NCBI GenBank assembly: GCA_024679065.1
Contig: JAGIQG010000002.1
Span: 43,834,001-43,898,000, forward strand
Reading direction: 5' to 3'
DNA: 64,000 nt
Source of the DNA: Sphyrna mokarran
Taxonomy: Eukaryota
The notes beneath the pieces were generated by a model, which saw only the letters and a list, made by a program, of their open reading frames with translations, did not search any database and was not told where the DNA came from. Below, one piece after another: positions 1 through 14,121 of this stretch; the first letter of the stretch is position 1, and each line of letters opens with the position of its first letter. The translations under genes were made by a program, and so were the position numbers.

Positions 1-49
1 CTGGAATACTGTTATTCTGTTTAATTAAGATTCAATAAAGCTCATTAAA

Positions 50-260
50 AAGGTAAAGCTGCCATAGACTGCTTTCCACTTTGAGAGGGAGAGCTGACCA
101 GTGGTGATTTAACCTGAGGGTCAACCATACCTCAAATGAGGGGCAAGGTTGACAAGGTGGGCTATTATGAATAAGCTGGTAGAGGAATTGAACCCACACT
201 ACTGCCATTGCTCTGTATCAGTAACCAGCTCTCCAGTCAGTGGAGCCAAACTGACCCCCA
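50..260 (-). mobile_element. Degenerate tRNA-derived SINE
   Basis: GGAATTGAACCC (B-box reverse complement) and a SINE-like head near 185-258; recognised by eye, boundaries approximate. Confidence 0.45.
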
Positions 261-561
261 TCTTATAAATTTGGTAATGCAGACGATGCCATTGCGGAAA
301 GGTAGCAAGTGTGGAATGGACTACTTCAGCATGCCTTTTGCATATGTTTGAATTTGTGCTAATCTGAAATAAACTACAGAAATGAACTTGGTTTACACTG
401 GCACTGATTTTGTGCTCTGTAACCGCGATGAAAGTTTAATCTGGGCATTAGTAAATTGAATAATGGTATCATGTGTTTTTATATATACAAACTATTAATG
501 CAGATTGTATCTTGTGACACTAATGTTTATTTCTGTTTCCTCAAATGTACTCGCAATCAAG

Positions 562-644
562 TTTTTCCACAACTGTATTTCCACATGCTTCGTCAAAGAA
601 GGAAGGTGCTTCATGGAGAGGTGATCAAAGAAAAAGAGGATTAG
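562..644 (+). CDS. HACD1: 3-hydroxyacyl-CoA dehydratase 1 (PTPLA), last coding exon
   Basis: After AG at 560-561 reads [26 protein letters not shown], matching the vertebrate HACD1 C-terminus ([26 protein letters not shown]); HACD1 lies near VIM in tetrapods. Confidence 0.92.
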
Positions 645-694
645 ACCAGTCATGAAACAATGGTGCTTTTCTCAGGATCATCAGACTGTTTAAA

Positions 695-1086
695 CCCCAT
701 TTACACCAATGTTAAAAATTAAGATTCAATCTGAATTGTTAGTTGATCTGAATCAAAGGCATTGTGCAAATATGAATTTCTTGAACTTTGGTCAATTTGG
801 AACAAAAATGAACTGCATCGCCATTCCAGATTGATTCAAAACTTGCTTCAATGTTTGTCTAAATTAAACAGCCTGGAATGGATCTGAATTATCCAATGTG
901 ATGAATTGATCATTTTTATGTCATCATGGCACGCCTATGACTTGTTCCTGCTTTGCATGCTTTGGGGTGAACTGTTGCCCTTGATACATTTACCTAAACT
1001 ACCAACATAATACAAATGCTAAATGTTTGAAATTCAATTCAGATCAATGTAATCCAAATGGAATCTGAATTTCTGTGTAAAAGGGG
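695..1086. mobile_element. Palindromic MITE in the HACD1 3' region
   Basis: Termini CCCCATTTACAC / GTGTAAAAAGGGG plus inner inverted blocks GATCTGAAT/ATTCAGATC and CCATTCCAG/CTGGAATGG. Confidence 0.6.
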
Positions 1087-2150
1087 ATGAAGACTAAACA
1101 AACAAAACCTCAGTGTGAACTTTCGATGATTCTGAGTTATAAGAATCATGGAACCAAAATAAACAGCTATGTATAAAACATAATGAAGTTATGTATGGAT
1201 TATTTAACAAAACTCAACCTATCCCATAATGTTATATTTACAGATTGTTTTAATTAGTTACTAAAACTTGAAGTTGACTGCAAACTAACTTGACAGTTCT
1301 GTGGTTCTTTGTAGTACAAGAGTAACAGTTTTATCCCTTTCACAGTAATATTCAGATTGAATGATTCTGATATTACAACTTTGGCTATCATCCTAGCGCA
1401 AAGATGAGGGCTGCCTCCTATTCATTACATTTCACAATGAAACAAGGCTGATGACGCTTTATGCATGTATGACCGATAACGGACAGGTGCCTGTAGCTAA
1501 TTACTAAACACAGGCAACCAGTTTTGTAATTTAACTGGCATCCTATTCCAAATTTATGTTGCAGAATTGCTTTCTAGGACAATTCTGTTACATCAACTGT
1601 AATTCTGGTGCCAGTGAAATGCCCCTTTTATACTTGAGGCATTTTCTACAGAAACTGTATCCATATGCAAATATTTATGCATGCTTGTAACATTTAATCA
1701 ACTTACCCAATTACGTGGTGACAAGTTTCGTACAAATCAGCACATGAGATGGCTTTGGTGGTGTATACATGTGGATATATGAGCACTTCAGTCCACAAAG
1801 GGCCAAAAACATGGTTACTTCTTTGCATCTCAGATTCAGTTAGAGGTGGCAGTGCCATTGTAAGTATGTTCACGTTACATGTTTGCCACTAACTTTGGAA
1901 CAGTCAATGATGACACACTGAACTTCCCATTTGTTGGGATGCGTGATGAGTTTTATTCCACTTGAGTTAAGTTTTATCCAGGTTTGCAGCAAAGTTGAAA
2001 ATTGAAAATGTTTAAATTTTCCACCGATTAAATCTTAATGTCAGTATGGATTGGTGAATTTTGTACAAACAAATCAAATTAGACACATTACATTGGCACT
2101 GCATGATTTATTCCTTGAAGTGCCTGTACTTCTCTATAGTTTATTTTCTA

Positions 2151-2156
2151 AATAAA
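2151..2156 (+). promoter_or_regulatory. Candidate HACD1 polyA signal
   Basis: AATAAA in an AT-rich UTR-like stretch; an alternative lies at 1158-1163. Confidence 0.3.
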
Positions 2157-2779
2157 ACAAAAGTATGACAGTTCAAAATTTTATTGCTACTTTGAAATCC
2201 GAAACAAATGCTGTAGTAACAGTGATTAAACATTTATATACCTTCAATTTTAAAGCACTGAACTATTTTCAAGGTATTTTCTGCCTATGTTTACTTATTA
2301 GCAATGTTTCTAAATTTGAATCTAGCATCATAAAATAGTCATGAATACAATTCATTCTTTTAACATGTAAAGGAATCACATGGATTATTTTCATCTATCT
2401 TCTGCTATTTTACCTGAGGTATTTTTTTTGTGGCAATTTCATGCAATTCTGTTTATGCTGTTCTAAAATGTCCAATGGACAAAATCAATCTTCTCAAACT
2501 GGCAAGCTAAAATAGTGTATGGAAAGTTAAATACAAACTGAAAACTTAAGTTGAAAGTTACTGCGAAGTATAATTATGTAAAATGATTGACATGATGGTT
2601 TTATTAAGAGTACACTTTTTAATGCCTAATTTTATACAATAGGTTTATAGCACAGTTTGCTGCCCTATCCTCTACTGGGCCAAAGATAATATATTGAAAA
2701 AAAATTGCCAACCACCTCAAATCACAGTGCCCCAAGTACAATGAAATTGCAGAGGCCATTACTGGTGAGGAAATCTTAG

Positions 2780-3200
2780 CCCAGAAGGAATCCATTCAGC
2801 CCATTGTTTATGCACCAGTTCTTCAAACAAGCATTGTGACTTTGTGCCATTCCCCATCTCTCTGCACATTTGACGATTATCAAATAATCATCTAATGCCT
2901 TTGCCTCAATTGAACCTGACTTCCTATGTGAAAACATTTCTTTCACATCCCATTTGCTTCTTTTCCAAATCAGTTTAAATCTGTGCCTTCTCGTTCTTGA
3001 TCCTTTTATGAACTGGAACAGTTTCTCCCTATCTACCCTATCCAATATTTTCATGAATTTGAACATCTCTATCAAATCTCCACTTAGCCTTCATCTTTCC
3101 AAGGAGAATAGTCCCAACCTTTCTAATCCACCCTTATGTGTAAAGTTACTCACCCCGAAGCCATTCTTGTAATCCTCTTCTTCAATCTCTCCAATACTGC
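2780..3200 (-). mobile_element. CR1 LINE 3' fragment
   Basis: ORF MIEMFKFMKILDRVDREKLF...RTRRHRFKL resembles the CR1 ORF2 C-terminus. Confidence 0.75.
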
Positions 3201-3514
3201 ACGTTAATCATAAAAGTCACCAATTTACAATGGTCACAGAAAACTGGATGGAATTGTAGGATTCACTAATAATCAGGAAAAATATCAGAATCTAATGAAA
3301 TGGAATTTAACTTTATTCAAGGAAATTTTCAACTGTTGCCTCAAACAGATGTATAAACAATTAAGTGGCCATGGCATTGCCTGAAGTGAGGTTTGGGAAG
3401 CATAAACCATTTTCAGGTTCAGAACTCATTTAAACACTGCCAGTAAGCTGTCAGGTCAAATGAGTATCCTGCTGCAGTTTATTGCAGGTTATGATAGATC
3501 CCATGGAATGAGTG

Positions 3515-3790
3515 GCATGTTGAAGCAGTGGTTAGCAGTCCTGTCTCACTGCATTGGGGATCCAGGTTCGATTTCCGTCACTGAGAAGTCTGCATGTTTC
3601 TCCCTGTGTCTGCATGGGTTTCCTCCGGGTGCTCTAGTTTCCTCCCGCAGTCCGAAAGATTAGGTGCATTGGCCATGCTAAATTCTCTGTGTACCCAAAC
3701 AGGCACCAGAGTGTGACGACTAGGAAATTATCATAGGAACTAAATTGCAGTGTAATGTAAGCTGACTTGTAACAGTAATAAATAAACTTT
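3515..3790 (+). mobile_element. HE1/V-SINE-like SINE
   Basis: CAGTGGTTAGCA, GGTTCGATT B box, GGGTTTCCTCCGGGTGCTC core. Confidence 0.75.
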
Positions 3791-4269
3791 GAGTTTTAAA
3801 CTTTAATCCCAAAGCACTAGCCAGAATACCCTGGAATATTTATTTGAAGCTAGAAGAAGCACTCTTGCTCTTCCTTCCCCACAAAGTTTCTCCTGAAATT
3901 GTTTGTTAGGGTCTTTTCTCGAACAGTTGTCAGTGATCCATTTTTACTAAACCACTTGAAGTCTGTTAACAGATGTACTGAGAATGTGTGGCACTGATTC
4001 TGCCCATTTATATCTGAAAATTGTAACTGATAAAACCTTCTTTGCATAGTTAAGCAGCCTATCATTGGAAACAGGCAGGCATGCTTTCAGAAAATAAAAC
4101 CTGAGAATCTGGGCATTGAAGGCAAGACCTTGTTCCCTTACAAATGGGTTAAGAAATTGCAGAGACCATCATTGGTGAGGAATGGATGACTGATGGTTGG
4201 AAAATATCTCCCAGTAAAATTGATGTAGAATAATGATCCTGCCTTTAGCTTGTTAGACATTGAAAAATT

Positions 4270-5290
4270 GTTTTCTTATTGTCACGTGTATTGCAATAAA
4301 GTGAAAAGTATTGTTTCTTGTATGCTACACAACAAAACATACCATTTAAAAATACATAAAAGGGCAAGAGAGGATGCAGAATATAATGTTATAGTCATAG
4401 CTCGGGTATAGAGGAAGATCAGCTTAATATATGGTAGGTCCATTCAGAAGTCTGATGGCAGTAGCAAAGAAGCTGTTCTTGAATCAGTTGATACATGACC
4501 TCAGACTTTTGTTATCTTTCTCCTGACAGGAAATATTGGAAGAGAGTATGTCTTGAGAGTAGTTTGTGTGATGCACTGGGCTATGTTCACAACCCTTTGC
4601 AGTTTCTTGCAGTCTTGGTTAGAGCAGGAGCCTAATCAAACTGTGATGCATCCAGAAAGCATGCTTTCTACGGTTTATCTTAAAAATTCATTAAAAGTCA
4701 TAGCACATATATCGAATTTCCTCAGTCTTCTGAGGAAAGTAGAGGCATTGGTGAGCTTTCTTAACCATAGCGTTAGCATAGAGGGACCAGGACAATTTGT
4801 TAGTGATCTGGACGTTGAGAAATATGAAGCTTGAACATTTTCACTTTGTCACCATTGTTGTAAACAAGGATATGTCCTCCACTATGCTTCCTGAAGTTGA
4901 TGATAATCTCACTAACATTGAGGGAGAGATTATTGTTGTACCATTTCACCAGATTTTCTAACTCTTTCCAGTACACTCTGTCATCATTGTTTGAGGTCTG
5001 ACCCACTACAGTGGTGTCATCAGCAAACCTGGAAATGGAGTTGGAGCAAAATTTGGCCACACAGTTTGTAGGTGTATAAAGAGTATAGTAAAGGACTGAG
5101 GACACAGCCTTGCGGAGCTATGTTGAAGATAAACGTGTAGGAGATGTTACTGCCTGTCCCTACTGATAGCCATTTATGGGTTAGGAAGTCTAAGAACCAG
5201 TTGCAGAGGAAGAAGCTGAACCCCGGGCCACACAGTTTGAAGACGAGTCACGGAATAATGGGTGTTAAAGACTGACCTAAAGACTACGAA
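4270..5290 (-). mobile_element. Rex1/Babar-type LINE fragment
   Basis: RT motif YTLYT..CVAKFCSNSISRFADDTTVVG..NNLSLNVS. Confidence 0.75.
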
Positions 5291-7197
5291 TAGCCCTAAG
5301 GGCATGGAATTTGGAGGTGAGTATTGTTGACATTATAATATTGAAGTCTGAGCTGTAGGGGCATTTTTAACCAAACTTGGTTTTCAGTAGGAAACTATTA
5401 CTGATTTGGTCCCTATCAGTGGCAGCAGGAAGCACCAATGATTTTAACTTCTAGAGCTTATTAAATGTGCTAATCCATTTCTCATAAATGTAAAGCAGTG
5501 CTGGTTGGTGAAGATTGACAGTAAGGAATGTTGCAGTTTTCTACATGGGGCCTCGGGAATATGTCTGCTGCTGGCTGCACAAAGTTTTATCTTATTAGAA
5601 TTACTAAAATTTAAGCATAGTCCTGCTGATATAGGATCTCAATTTGTATAAATTTGTGACCCTCCCACCTTAGGTGGCATTTCATCTACCCGTTAGAATG
5701 CTGCAAGTTAACATCACAAAATGTCAAAAGTAATAAGTAGCTGAGCAGGTAAGTAACCTGGTCCAGTTTAAGTGCCCACCAACTTGGATCATTTCAACTC
5801 AAGGTGAATCAGTCTTGTTCGATATATACATAATTTAACAAATTCAACATGCTTGATTAATTGTGTTCTACTTTTTCTTTATTTTCTATGATGGTGCTTG
5901 TTTGCAATTTCTGTGATTAGTTGAATATGGGTTTTTTTCATCAGTATTGGTGCATATCTTGAAAGGACCCTCTGAAGCTGTTTTTAAATTGTCATTGGTG
6001 CAACCAAAATAGGGCCTGGAAGGTTTTTACAATTTTTTTTAGTAGCGTTTACATTTTAATTGCATTTCTCAGAGGTTATTTTATCATTTGCATATGGGTG
6101 CTAATTAAGTAGCTGACTTTAATAAAATTCTGTATTTCTAACTTATGCAGCTAAACAGAGGTTATTACCTCTTATAAAATGTGCAATATGAACTGAATGG
6201 AGTTGATACTTGCCCGCTCTAATGGCTTAAAATAGCCACAGCAGAGATCTGAAGACCTAAATTACATAGGACATGTGAACAGTTTTGACTTTCCTTTAGT
6301 TAAAAAGTAACGTTTTAATGTGGATGCTTTAATTCAACAGATTTTGTTTAATGTTGTAAAAAAAAATGTTCTTAACTGATCATCAAAGGACATACATTTT
6401 GAAAAAAGTCATGCCTGAAATTTCCATTGATTTTCATGAAATGAGTATTGCTATTTAAGTCAGATCTGATATAAAGTAATTATCAATACTATCTTGTATA
6501 AAGCAATGTACTCCAGAAATGTTACTGTAACTGAAGTAGCTTTTATAATATTTTGTTCCCTTTTCAGTGCATGTATATTTATTAACTGAATAGTAGCAAA
6601 GTGTTTTTAAAAATATATATAATTAAAGGTTGTATGCCATGTATTTAACTTGGTTTCAACAATCCAATTATAGTATTTTGAAAGTAAAAAGTAATTGAAC
6701 AGTGTTTCATTCTCAACCCTGTAATTAAGTACAGTTGTGTGAAACTAGTAAAATATGACTCTCAAATCATGTGAAAGTGCTGTGTATTAATGTGACCCTT
6801 GGAAATATTTTCACTTCTGTTAGATTATAATCAGACCTAAATATGAACTTAGTAAAGGTTAAATATAATGCCTTCTGGTTTGTAGTGGTTTCAAATTAAA
6901 TTTACAAGATTCAAATCAATTTGGAAATTATGTAAAAGATGTCAATAGTAAAATGTTATTATTGAAGCAGTTGTGATACAATTGTATGGTTAAAATGTAG
7001 CAAATTGTTGGGGCTATTTAATCCATATTAATGGAAGATATAAACTTGCACCTGTTCTGGAGCAAATGTTCTTTTTCTCCCACTTTTTTTTTTCATTTCA
7101 GCATTGAATACACTTTATTTGCAAGGAAATTAATTAGTTATAGAGGCAGGATTGGAAAATAAAAAAGCAGGAATGTAAATTATTGTGTAGACATGCA

Positions 7198-7382
7198 AGC
7201 AAAATACTACAGATGCTGAAAATCTGAAATAAAAATAGAAAATGCTGAAAATACTCAGCGGTCTGTCAGCATTTATGGAGAGAGAAACCGAGTTAATCAG
7301 ACTTGAAACAAAACGTCTGTTTCTCTCTCCACTATCGCTGCCAAGTCTGCTGAGTTTTTCTAGTATTTTCTGTTTTCATTTC
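7198..7382. mobile_element. Penelope-derived palindromic element
   Basis: Arms GAAAATGCTGAAAATACTCAGC..GGAGAGAGAAAC versus GTTTCTCTCTCC..GCTGAGTTTTTCTAGTATTTTC. Confidence 0.6.
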
Positions 7383-7419
7383 ATACATAAACATTGCTTT
7401 CTGAAAAGTATACTCAAGA

Positions 7420-8755
7420 AAGGCAGATTCAGAAAGCAAGTAACTACAGGACAGTTAGCCTAATATCTGTCATTGTTAAAATGCTACAGTCCATTATTAA
7501 GGAAGTTGTAGCAGTTTTAGAAAATGTTAATGCAATCAGATGCAATCAACATGATCTTGTGAAAGGGAGATCATGCTGGGGTAGAGAGTAACAAGTCATG
7601 AGGGAATCTGCAAATGTGATATACTTGGATTTCCAAAAGCCCTGAGAAGGTGCCAAATCAAAGATTACTAAATAAAATAAGAGATATGTAGGAGAGAAAT
7701 GTATTATCATGGATAGAGAGGATTGATTGTCTAACAGCAAGCAGAGAGTAAATGGGTCAAGTTAACAAGCTATAACTAGGGGAGTGCCAGAGGAATCAGT
7801 GCTGGGATCTTAACTATTTGCAATCTATATAAATAACTTGAATGAAGAGACCGGAGCTGCTAAATCTGCTGATGTCACAAAGCGACATAGAAATTTAAAT
7901 TGGGAGGAGATGATAGAGTCTACAGAAGGATGTAGATAGGTTAAGTAAGTGGACAAAAAATTGGCAGAGAATAATGTGGAAGGAAGAATGGCAGGAAGAA
8001 AAACAGACTTTTAGTTAAATGGAGAAAGTTTACAAAAGTTGGCATTACAGATGGATCTTGGTATCTTAGTGACTGAATCTCAAAAGATTAGTATGCAGAT
8101 ACAGCAAGCAGTTAGAAAGACAAATAGACTGTTGGTGATTATTGCAAGAAGAATGGAATATAAAACGAAGTTATTTTTTCTGTTATTGTAAAGAATGTTG
8201 GTGACACCATATCTGTGTTACAGTGTACCGTTTTGGTCTCTTTACTTGAGAAAGGATATAATAGCATTAGAAGCAGTCCAGAAAATGTTCATTTGACTGA
8301 TTCCTGGGATGGAAAGGTTATTCTATGAGGAGAAATTAGACAGATTGGACATGTACCAAATGGAGATTAGAAGAATGAATCTTACTGAAACATACAAGAT
8401 TCTGAGGGGAATTAACAAGGTGTATACCGAGAGGATTTTTCTCCTTGCAGGAGAGACGAGACCTTGTGGGGGGAAGGAGGATGGTGGACAGTTTAAAAAT
8501 AAAACAGTTTTGCAGAATGTTTTTCTCTGAGAATTATTAGTCTGTGGAATTCTCTAAAGAGAATTCTCTAAAGTGGAGACAGAGTCATCGAATATTTTTA
8601 GGCTGTGTTAGGTTTTTCAGTGAAGGGAGTCAGAGGTTGTAGATAGAAAAATGAAGTTGAGGACACAACTAGATTGGCCATGAACTTATTGAATGGTGGA
8701 ACAATTTTGTAAGGATGAATGGCCTCCTCCTGCTCCTAATTCATATGTTTGTATG
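7420..8755 (+). mobile_element. Decayed CR1 LINE (RT to 3' end)
   Basis: NYRTVSLISV, QHDLVKGRSC and YEEKLDRL remnants with a CR1-like tail. Confidence 0.85.
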
Positions 8756-9929
8756 TATCCACGTACATGGAGGAGATTTTCAGAGACAAAGGAGACCTTT
8801 CAGTTATGAATGCAGCATTCAGCAATATTTTCTCAGAAACTGGTAAAGCTGTAATATGGTTCTTTTATAATTTAGATTTTTTTTAACACTATTAATATTG
8901 AACAATATAAATAACTGAACAATACCTTTCAATACAATACGCTTTTTAAACAACATTGAAAATACCAGGCAGAGAAAGATTGTGGACTAAATTACTAAGT
9001 CTTGGGAAAAATGACTGTATTTATCAATTGTTAATATATTTGTCTGAGTATTTGGAATTAATTGGATTCATGGACTTGGAATCTAGATAAAAAATGCATC
9101 TGTGTTAAGTACACAACTGAACATATAAAATACTCCATTTAATGTAGTAAAACGTCAGCAAATGTATTGCAAAGAAAACCGTTAAATATACATGCAGATT
9201 TTACAAAATTGGCTGGACTTCTGTCATGTATTAACTTGGCAATCAGTACCTAGACTCTGGACTTGAAAAATTGCACTGAATTAACATTTTTCATTTGATC
9301 TGATTCATTTATTCATTTTATTTGGCTAATTAACTAATTGTATACACTTTGTCAAATGTTACAAGGTTAGATTGTTGCTTTGATGACATCAGCTGGCTGC
9401 TCCTTATGTATAAGTTTTCTTAGAGCAATTACAAAGCTTCTAAGCCAAGTTTCACTTGATAGATTACACGTGCAACATGAAAATAGTTAATATAATTGAA
9501 TGAAGTACATGAACTAACAACTAATATGTTGGAATGTTATCACTGTACGGTTGATATTTTCTTCATTCTGGAATTCTATTGCAACATACTACTTCTACCA
9601 CTCCCATATATATAGAAATTGCTGATACTATTACAGTTACATTTGAATATAGTATCCAGATTCTAATGTAAAGTTCCCAGTTATGATCAAGGTAATGAAT
9701 ATAGTGTGACAAATTAACAGAAGGTGTTTCTGTTGTTCTTGTTTACATCAAATTGCTGACTGCAAGAGGGAAAAAACTAGGACATCATACTAAAATAACA
9801 AACACTCCTGCCACTTATTGAAATAATTTTGTCAAATATATGTAGAGAAAATATGTAATACTTGTTAAAATATTGCCAATTGTTTACTTATGACCATAAT
9901 GTTTAATTCTCAGCAATATTGTCACTTAC

Positions 9930-10024
9930 CTGAAGAGGTTTGCATGTTTCTCAAAGTATCTTCATTCGTTTCACAAGGCATTTTGGATTGCCATAGGAAT
10001 TGATCTGGAGTTACCATTGCAAAA
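9930..10024 (-). other. Candidate exon of an unannotated minus-strand transcript
   Basis: Pyrimidine-rich acceptor TCTTTTTCCAG and a perfect CAG|GTAAGT donor; one open frame (MVTPDQFLWQSKMPCETNEDTLRNMQTSS) with no recognised homology. Confidence 0.35.
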
Positions 10025-12077
10025 CTGGAAAAAGACATTTAATTTGACACTTGCATACATAGTTGACAAAACATTTTGAGTTTGGATGATTTATAACTAC
10101 ATGGATTGGGAGTGGATAAATAATCCTTCATTGAAATCCAATGTAAATAAATACAAATTCATCAACTTTCATAATTGATTTTAACAAGATGGAAAAAATG
10201 TGAAGAATAACTATGACATGATTTGGGTAAAATATTGTTCAGGGGAGAAAATGGATAACACAAATACTAAACATATTGAATTAGCTATGAATGAAGTTAA
10301 AAGAAACTTGTGATTGAATCTGATTACTATTGAGATGTAATTAACATATCAAATTGAATGCTGAACTATAAAACCGTTCAATAGAAAAAGTTAAAGGGTG
10401 TCATGTTTGAACCACAGTGCTCTGGTCAGATCGCAGCTTGATTAAAATGCCCAAACTGGTAAATGCAATATTCAAGCCCTAAAAGCATCTCAAAGAAATA
10501 TTATGGTAGACATTTGACACCAAAGGTCTGAGGTATTTGGAAAGACTAGAAAAAATTGGGTTTTCCATTCTTTTAAAGGAGGCATTTGGGAAGAGACCAT
10601 GCAGAGCTGCATAAGGTAATAAATATGATATAAAGCATTATAAGGTCCTCCCCAAAATTAATGTTTGTTGGGCAATCAATAAGAGGGGAGAGCCATAAGC
10701 TTTACTGGATCTCTAAAAGGCAATCAATCTGATAGTACAAGAACAAAATATTTACTTTTATCAGTATGAAGAAGCACTTGAAATGAAACGTATTCCCATA
10801 GCTGCTCCTATGAACAGTCTTGATGTTATCAGTAATGTTAAAATTTTGCTGTGTTTATGTTAGATTGATATATATCCTGATGATTTTCCAAAAGACATCA
10901 TTATTAGGATTCTGCCTGCCTGTTTAGCGAACCAAACTGCCAGCTGAAACTTTGGATTTGGAACATGAACTTTGCGGTATTTAAAGTTGTGGATTGTGGG
11001 TGAGAAGGGAAGTAATGTTTTAAAAGTATAGAAGTGCATATGGAGATATTTTCAGTATTATGGCTGAGCTAATTCAATTTGTCACACAATGTAAACAATG
11101 CATTGGTTTTCTTAAGAATACTGAACATCTTACATACCAGGTATATATTTTAAGGAGTCAATTTTGATATTTAATGGACTTGTGAAAATCTTTATGGTAG
11201 CAATTAATAAACATTCAAGAGGCATTTGGATGATACATGAATAGACAGGGATAAGGACCACGTTGAAGCAAGAAAATATCAGATTACAGAGGCATCTGAG
11301 TTCGCAGACTTGGTGGGCCAATGAGTCTGTTCATGTGATGTACTGTTCTTTGTTTTTTCTTTGTTGTATTTACCAGTAATTTTAAAAACATAGTTATCTT
11401 TGTTTATTTTCTTTGGTAAATTATGATGTGTATTTAAAAACATATTGTGCAACAGAGAATTGTGAAATGTTTGTAAATTGACTTGTTATTTCATTCATGG
11501 AAATACAATTATGTCAGACGCAGTCTAATAGTCTATCAGTCCATTTCTATTAATCAATGCTTGAAATGAGGAAAAACAGCAATCTCTATTGCAAAGAAAA
11601 TTGTCCTACTCCCCCTCAGGATTTCTGTGAAAAACAAAATGAATAAAAATATTGCCCCTTCGAATGAAAGAGGGAAACTATTAAAGGTATAATATCATCA
11701 AGTTGAATCTTGACTGTAACTTGCCATTCCTGCAATTTTTCTACAACTGTCTAATTCCTCTTGAAAAAGTAATTAGGAATGGTCAATAAATGCTGCCCTT
11801 GCCAGAATTGCTTGTATTTCATGAATTAATAAAAACTACTGTTATGGACAAGAGAGCAGGCAAACTACTTGTTTCCCCTCTCCATAAGCAGGTGTTCTGA
11901 ATTATTTTTAAAGTATGTGATAGATTGTTTTCCAAAACCCTTGGTTTGTGTGATCAAATTTGTTAACAATTTGCAATGCACTCATGTAATGATTAACTTA
12001 GAAGGTCTGTTTATTTCATATTTTAAACCTGTGGAAGGAAGGGTTAGAAAGAATTTTAAAGTATGTGTAATGAGGAT

Positions 12078-12330
12078 AGCATAGTGGTCAGCATAGTGGC
12101 TTGGGTCACTGACTGTATGGAGTTTGTACATTCTCTCCTCTGGGTGCTCCTGTTTCTTCCCACAGTCCAAAGATGCGTGGGTTAGATGGATTGGTCAGCT
12201 AAATTGCCCCTTAGTATCAGAGGTATTAGCTAGTGTAAATGTTTGGGTTATGGGGATAGGGCCTGGGTGGGATTGTGGTCTGTGCAGACTTGATGGGCCA
12301 AATGCTCCTGCACTGTAGGATTCTATTCTA
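12078..12330 (+). mobile_element. HE1 SINE
   Basis: GGAGTTTGTACATTCTC..GGGTGCTCC..AAGATGCGTGGGTTAG..GGATTCTATTCT. Confidence 0.85.
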
Positions 12331-13174
12331 ACAGTACAAAAATAAGAAAAATTAATATTGGTTCATGCTATTTCCAGAGTCTAAGAAGTCAAAGTCCACT
12401 AAAGAATTCTTTCATATAGGAACTCAAGTTCAGTTGGCTGAAAACTAGAGTTGTGGAGTTCACTTTACAGTTGCTGCTGATACCAGAAGCCACTGCAGGT
12501 CTGCTGCAGGTACTCAGAAATTGGGTCAGTCCTGCAGGCAGTGGCAGGAAATCTTCCCATAGAGAACAGCTTTGAAGAGCAGTTTGTTGTTCTGCATCTT
12601 GGTGCACATTGGTTAGATGCTAAGCAGCAGACTGTCTGAGGCCAAAGATGTAGGGTATGATTTTTCCAATTCACCTGTAGTGTATTTTCCATTGGCGGAG
12701 ACACCATGGGCTTCCAGTCCCGCTGGAAGTCTACAGGGTTTAACATGCCCTGCACCCTCTACTGCTAGGAACTGTAAATGGGTCATCATCTGTGGGTCCA
12801 GATGATCCCACTGATGGGAAAAGCTGGAACTTTTTGACTATAATGTTAAAGCTGTCTTAAAGATCAGAGGTTGGGTTATATATGACATAGTCCATTAACT
12901 ATTATTTGTTGCTTAACAATCGGATTATGCCACGGGAGTTAAATATAAGGTTTTGGAATGCAGCTATTTATTTGAGATGTGACTTGCTGTACAGACAGTG
13001 ACAAAAAAGGTTAATGGGGTCATTAAAATAGAGGTCAATAAAATTATGAAGGGGGTTAATAAAGTGTACAGAGTGAAGGAAAACCATGTTGCGAGGCTAT
13101 AAATAAAAGATACTGATCAATCAGTCTAAATAAGGAATTCACACTTTTACTAGAGTGGTGAGAATGTGGAATCA

Positions 13175-13990
13175 AAAGAGAAAATGCTGGCAAGCTCAGT
13201 GGGTCTGGCAGCATCTGTAGGGAGGGAAAAGAGCTGACGTTTTGAATCCAGATGATTCTTTGTTAAAACTAAAAGGCACAGAAAGTGGGAGATATTTATA
13301 CTTCAGGATGAGGGAATGAAGAATGAATCATAACTCAGAAACAAGGGGAAATGCTGCATTATGTAGAGAGAATAAAAGATGTGAATGACTGAACAGCAAA
13401 GAAACTGAAATCAAAGGCTAAGGTAATAACAGATGAAGGTGTGCGGGGAGAAGTGAGAAAGAAATAAAATTGAGAGAAAGGGTGGAATAAAGTAGGGGGA
13501 AAGAGTCGGGGGAAAAAAATAAAGACAGTTAATAAAGAAATAAAATGTAGAGAATAGTTAAAAATGAAATGAAAACAAAAGGGTTGAGGTGGGATAGAAC
13601 AAATCATGTGAAGTTGTTGAATTCGATGTTGAGACCGGAAGACTGTAATGTGCCTAGCTGATGATGAGATGCTATTCCTTCAATTTGCATTGAGCTTCAC
13701 TGGAACACTGCAGCAGGCCAAGGACAGACATGGGCATGGGAGCAGGATTGTGTCAAAATGGCAAGCAGAAGGGTCTTGATTGTGCACAGACCAAAAGTGT
13801 TCAACAACCATCCAGTCTACGTTTGGTCTCGCCAATGTAGAAACCACACTGGGAGCAGTGAATGCGATTGGCCAAATTGAAAGAGGTGCAAGTGAAACAT
13901 GGCTTGAGTGGAATGATTGTTTTGGACCTTAGATGCTAAGCGTGGAAGAGGTAAAGGGGCAGGTGTTGCACCTTCTGCAATTGCATGGGA
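13175..13990 (-). mobile_element. Penelope-like element 3' fragment (GIY-YIG end plus pLTR)
   Basis: Minus strand reads LLQCSSEAQCKLKE*HLI (PLE ..KLEEQHLIFRLGTLQP motif); decayed hammerhead-like segment near 13235-13270. Confidence 0.7.
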
Positions 13991-14121
13991 AGGTGAGAAT
14001 ATGGAAAGTGTTTGGTAAGGAGCAGTGTAGAGTTTAAACAGAAGCTGGATGAAGTGATGAAAGAGACACTAATGGAACATAGAGGGAAACCTGGTGTGGA
14101 TCAAGGATGTAAGGATTTGCA

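Noticed and set aside
456-561. N-terminal part of the 62-aa ORF
   Set aside because: Intronic; only 562-644 matches HACD1
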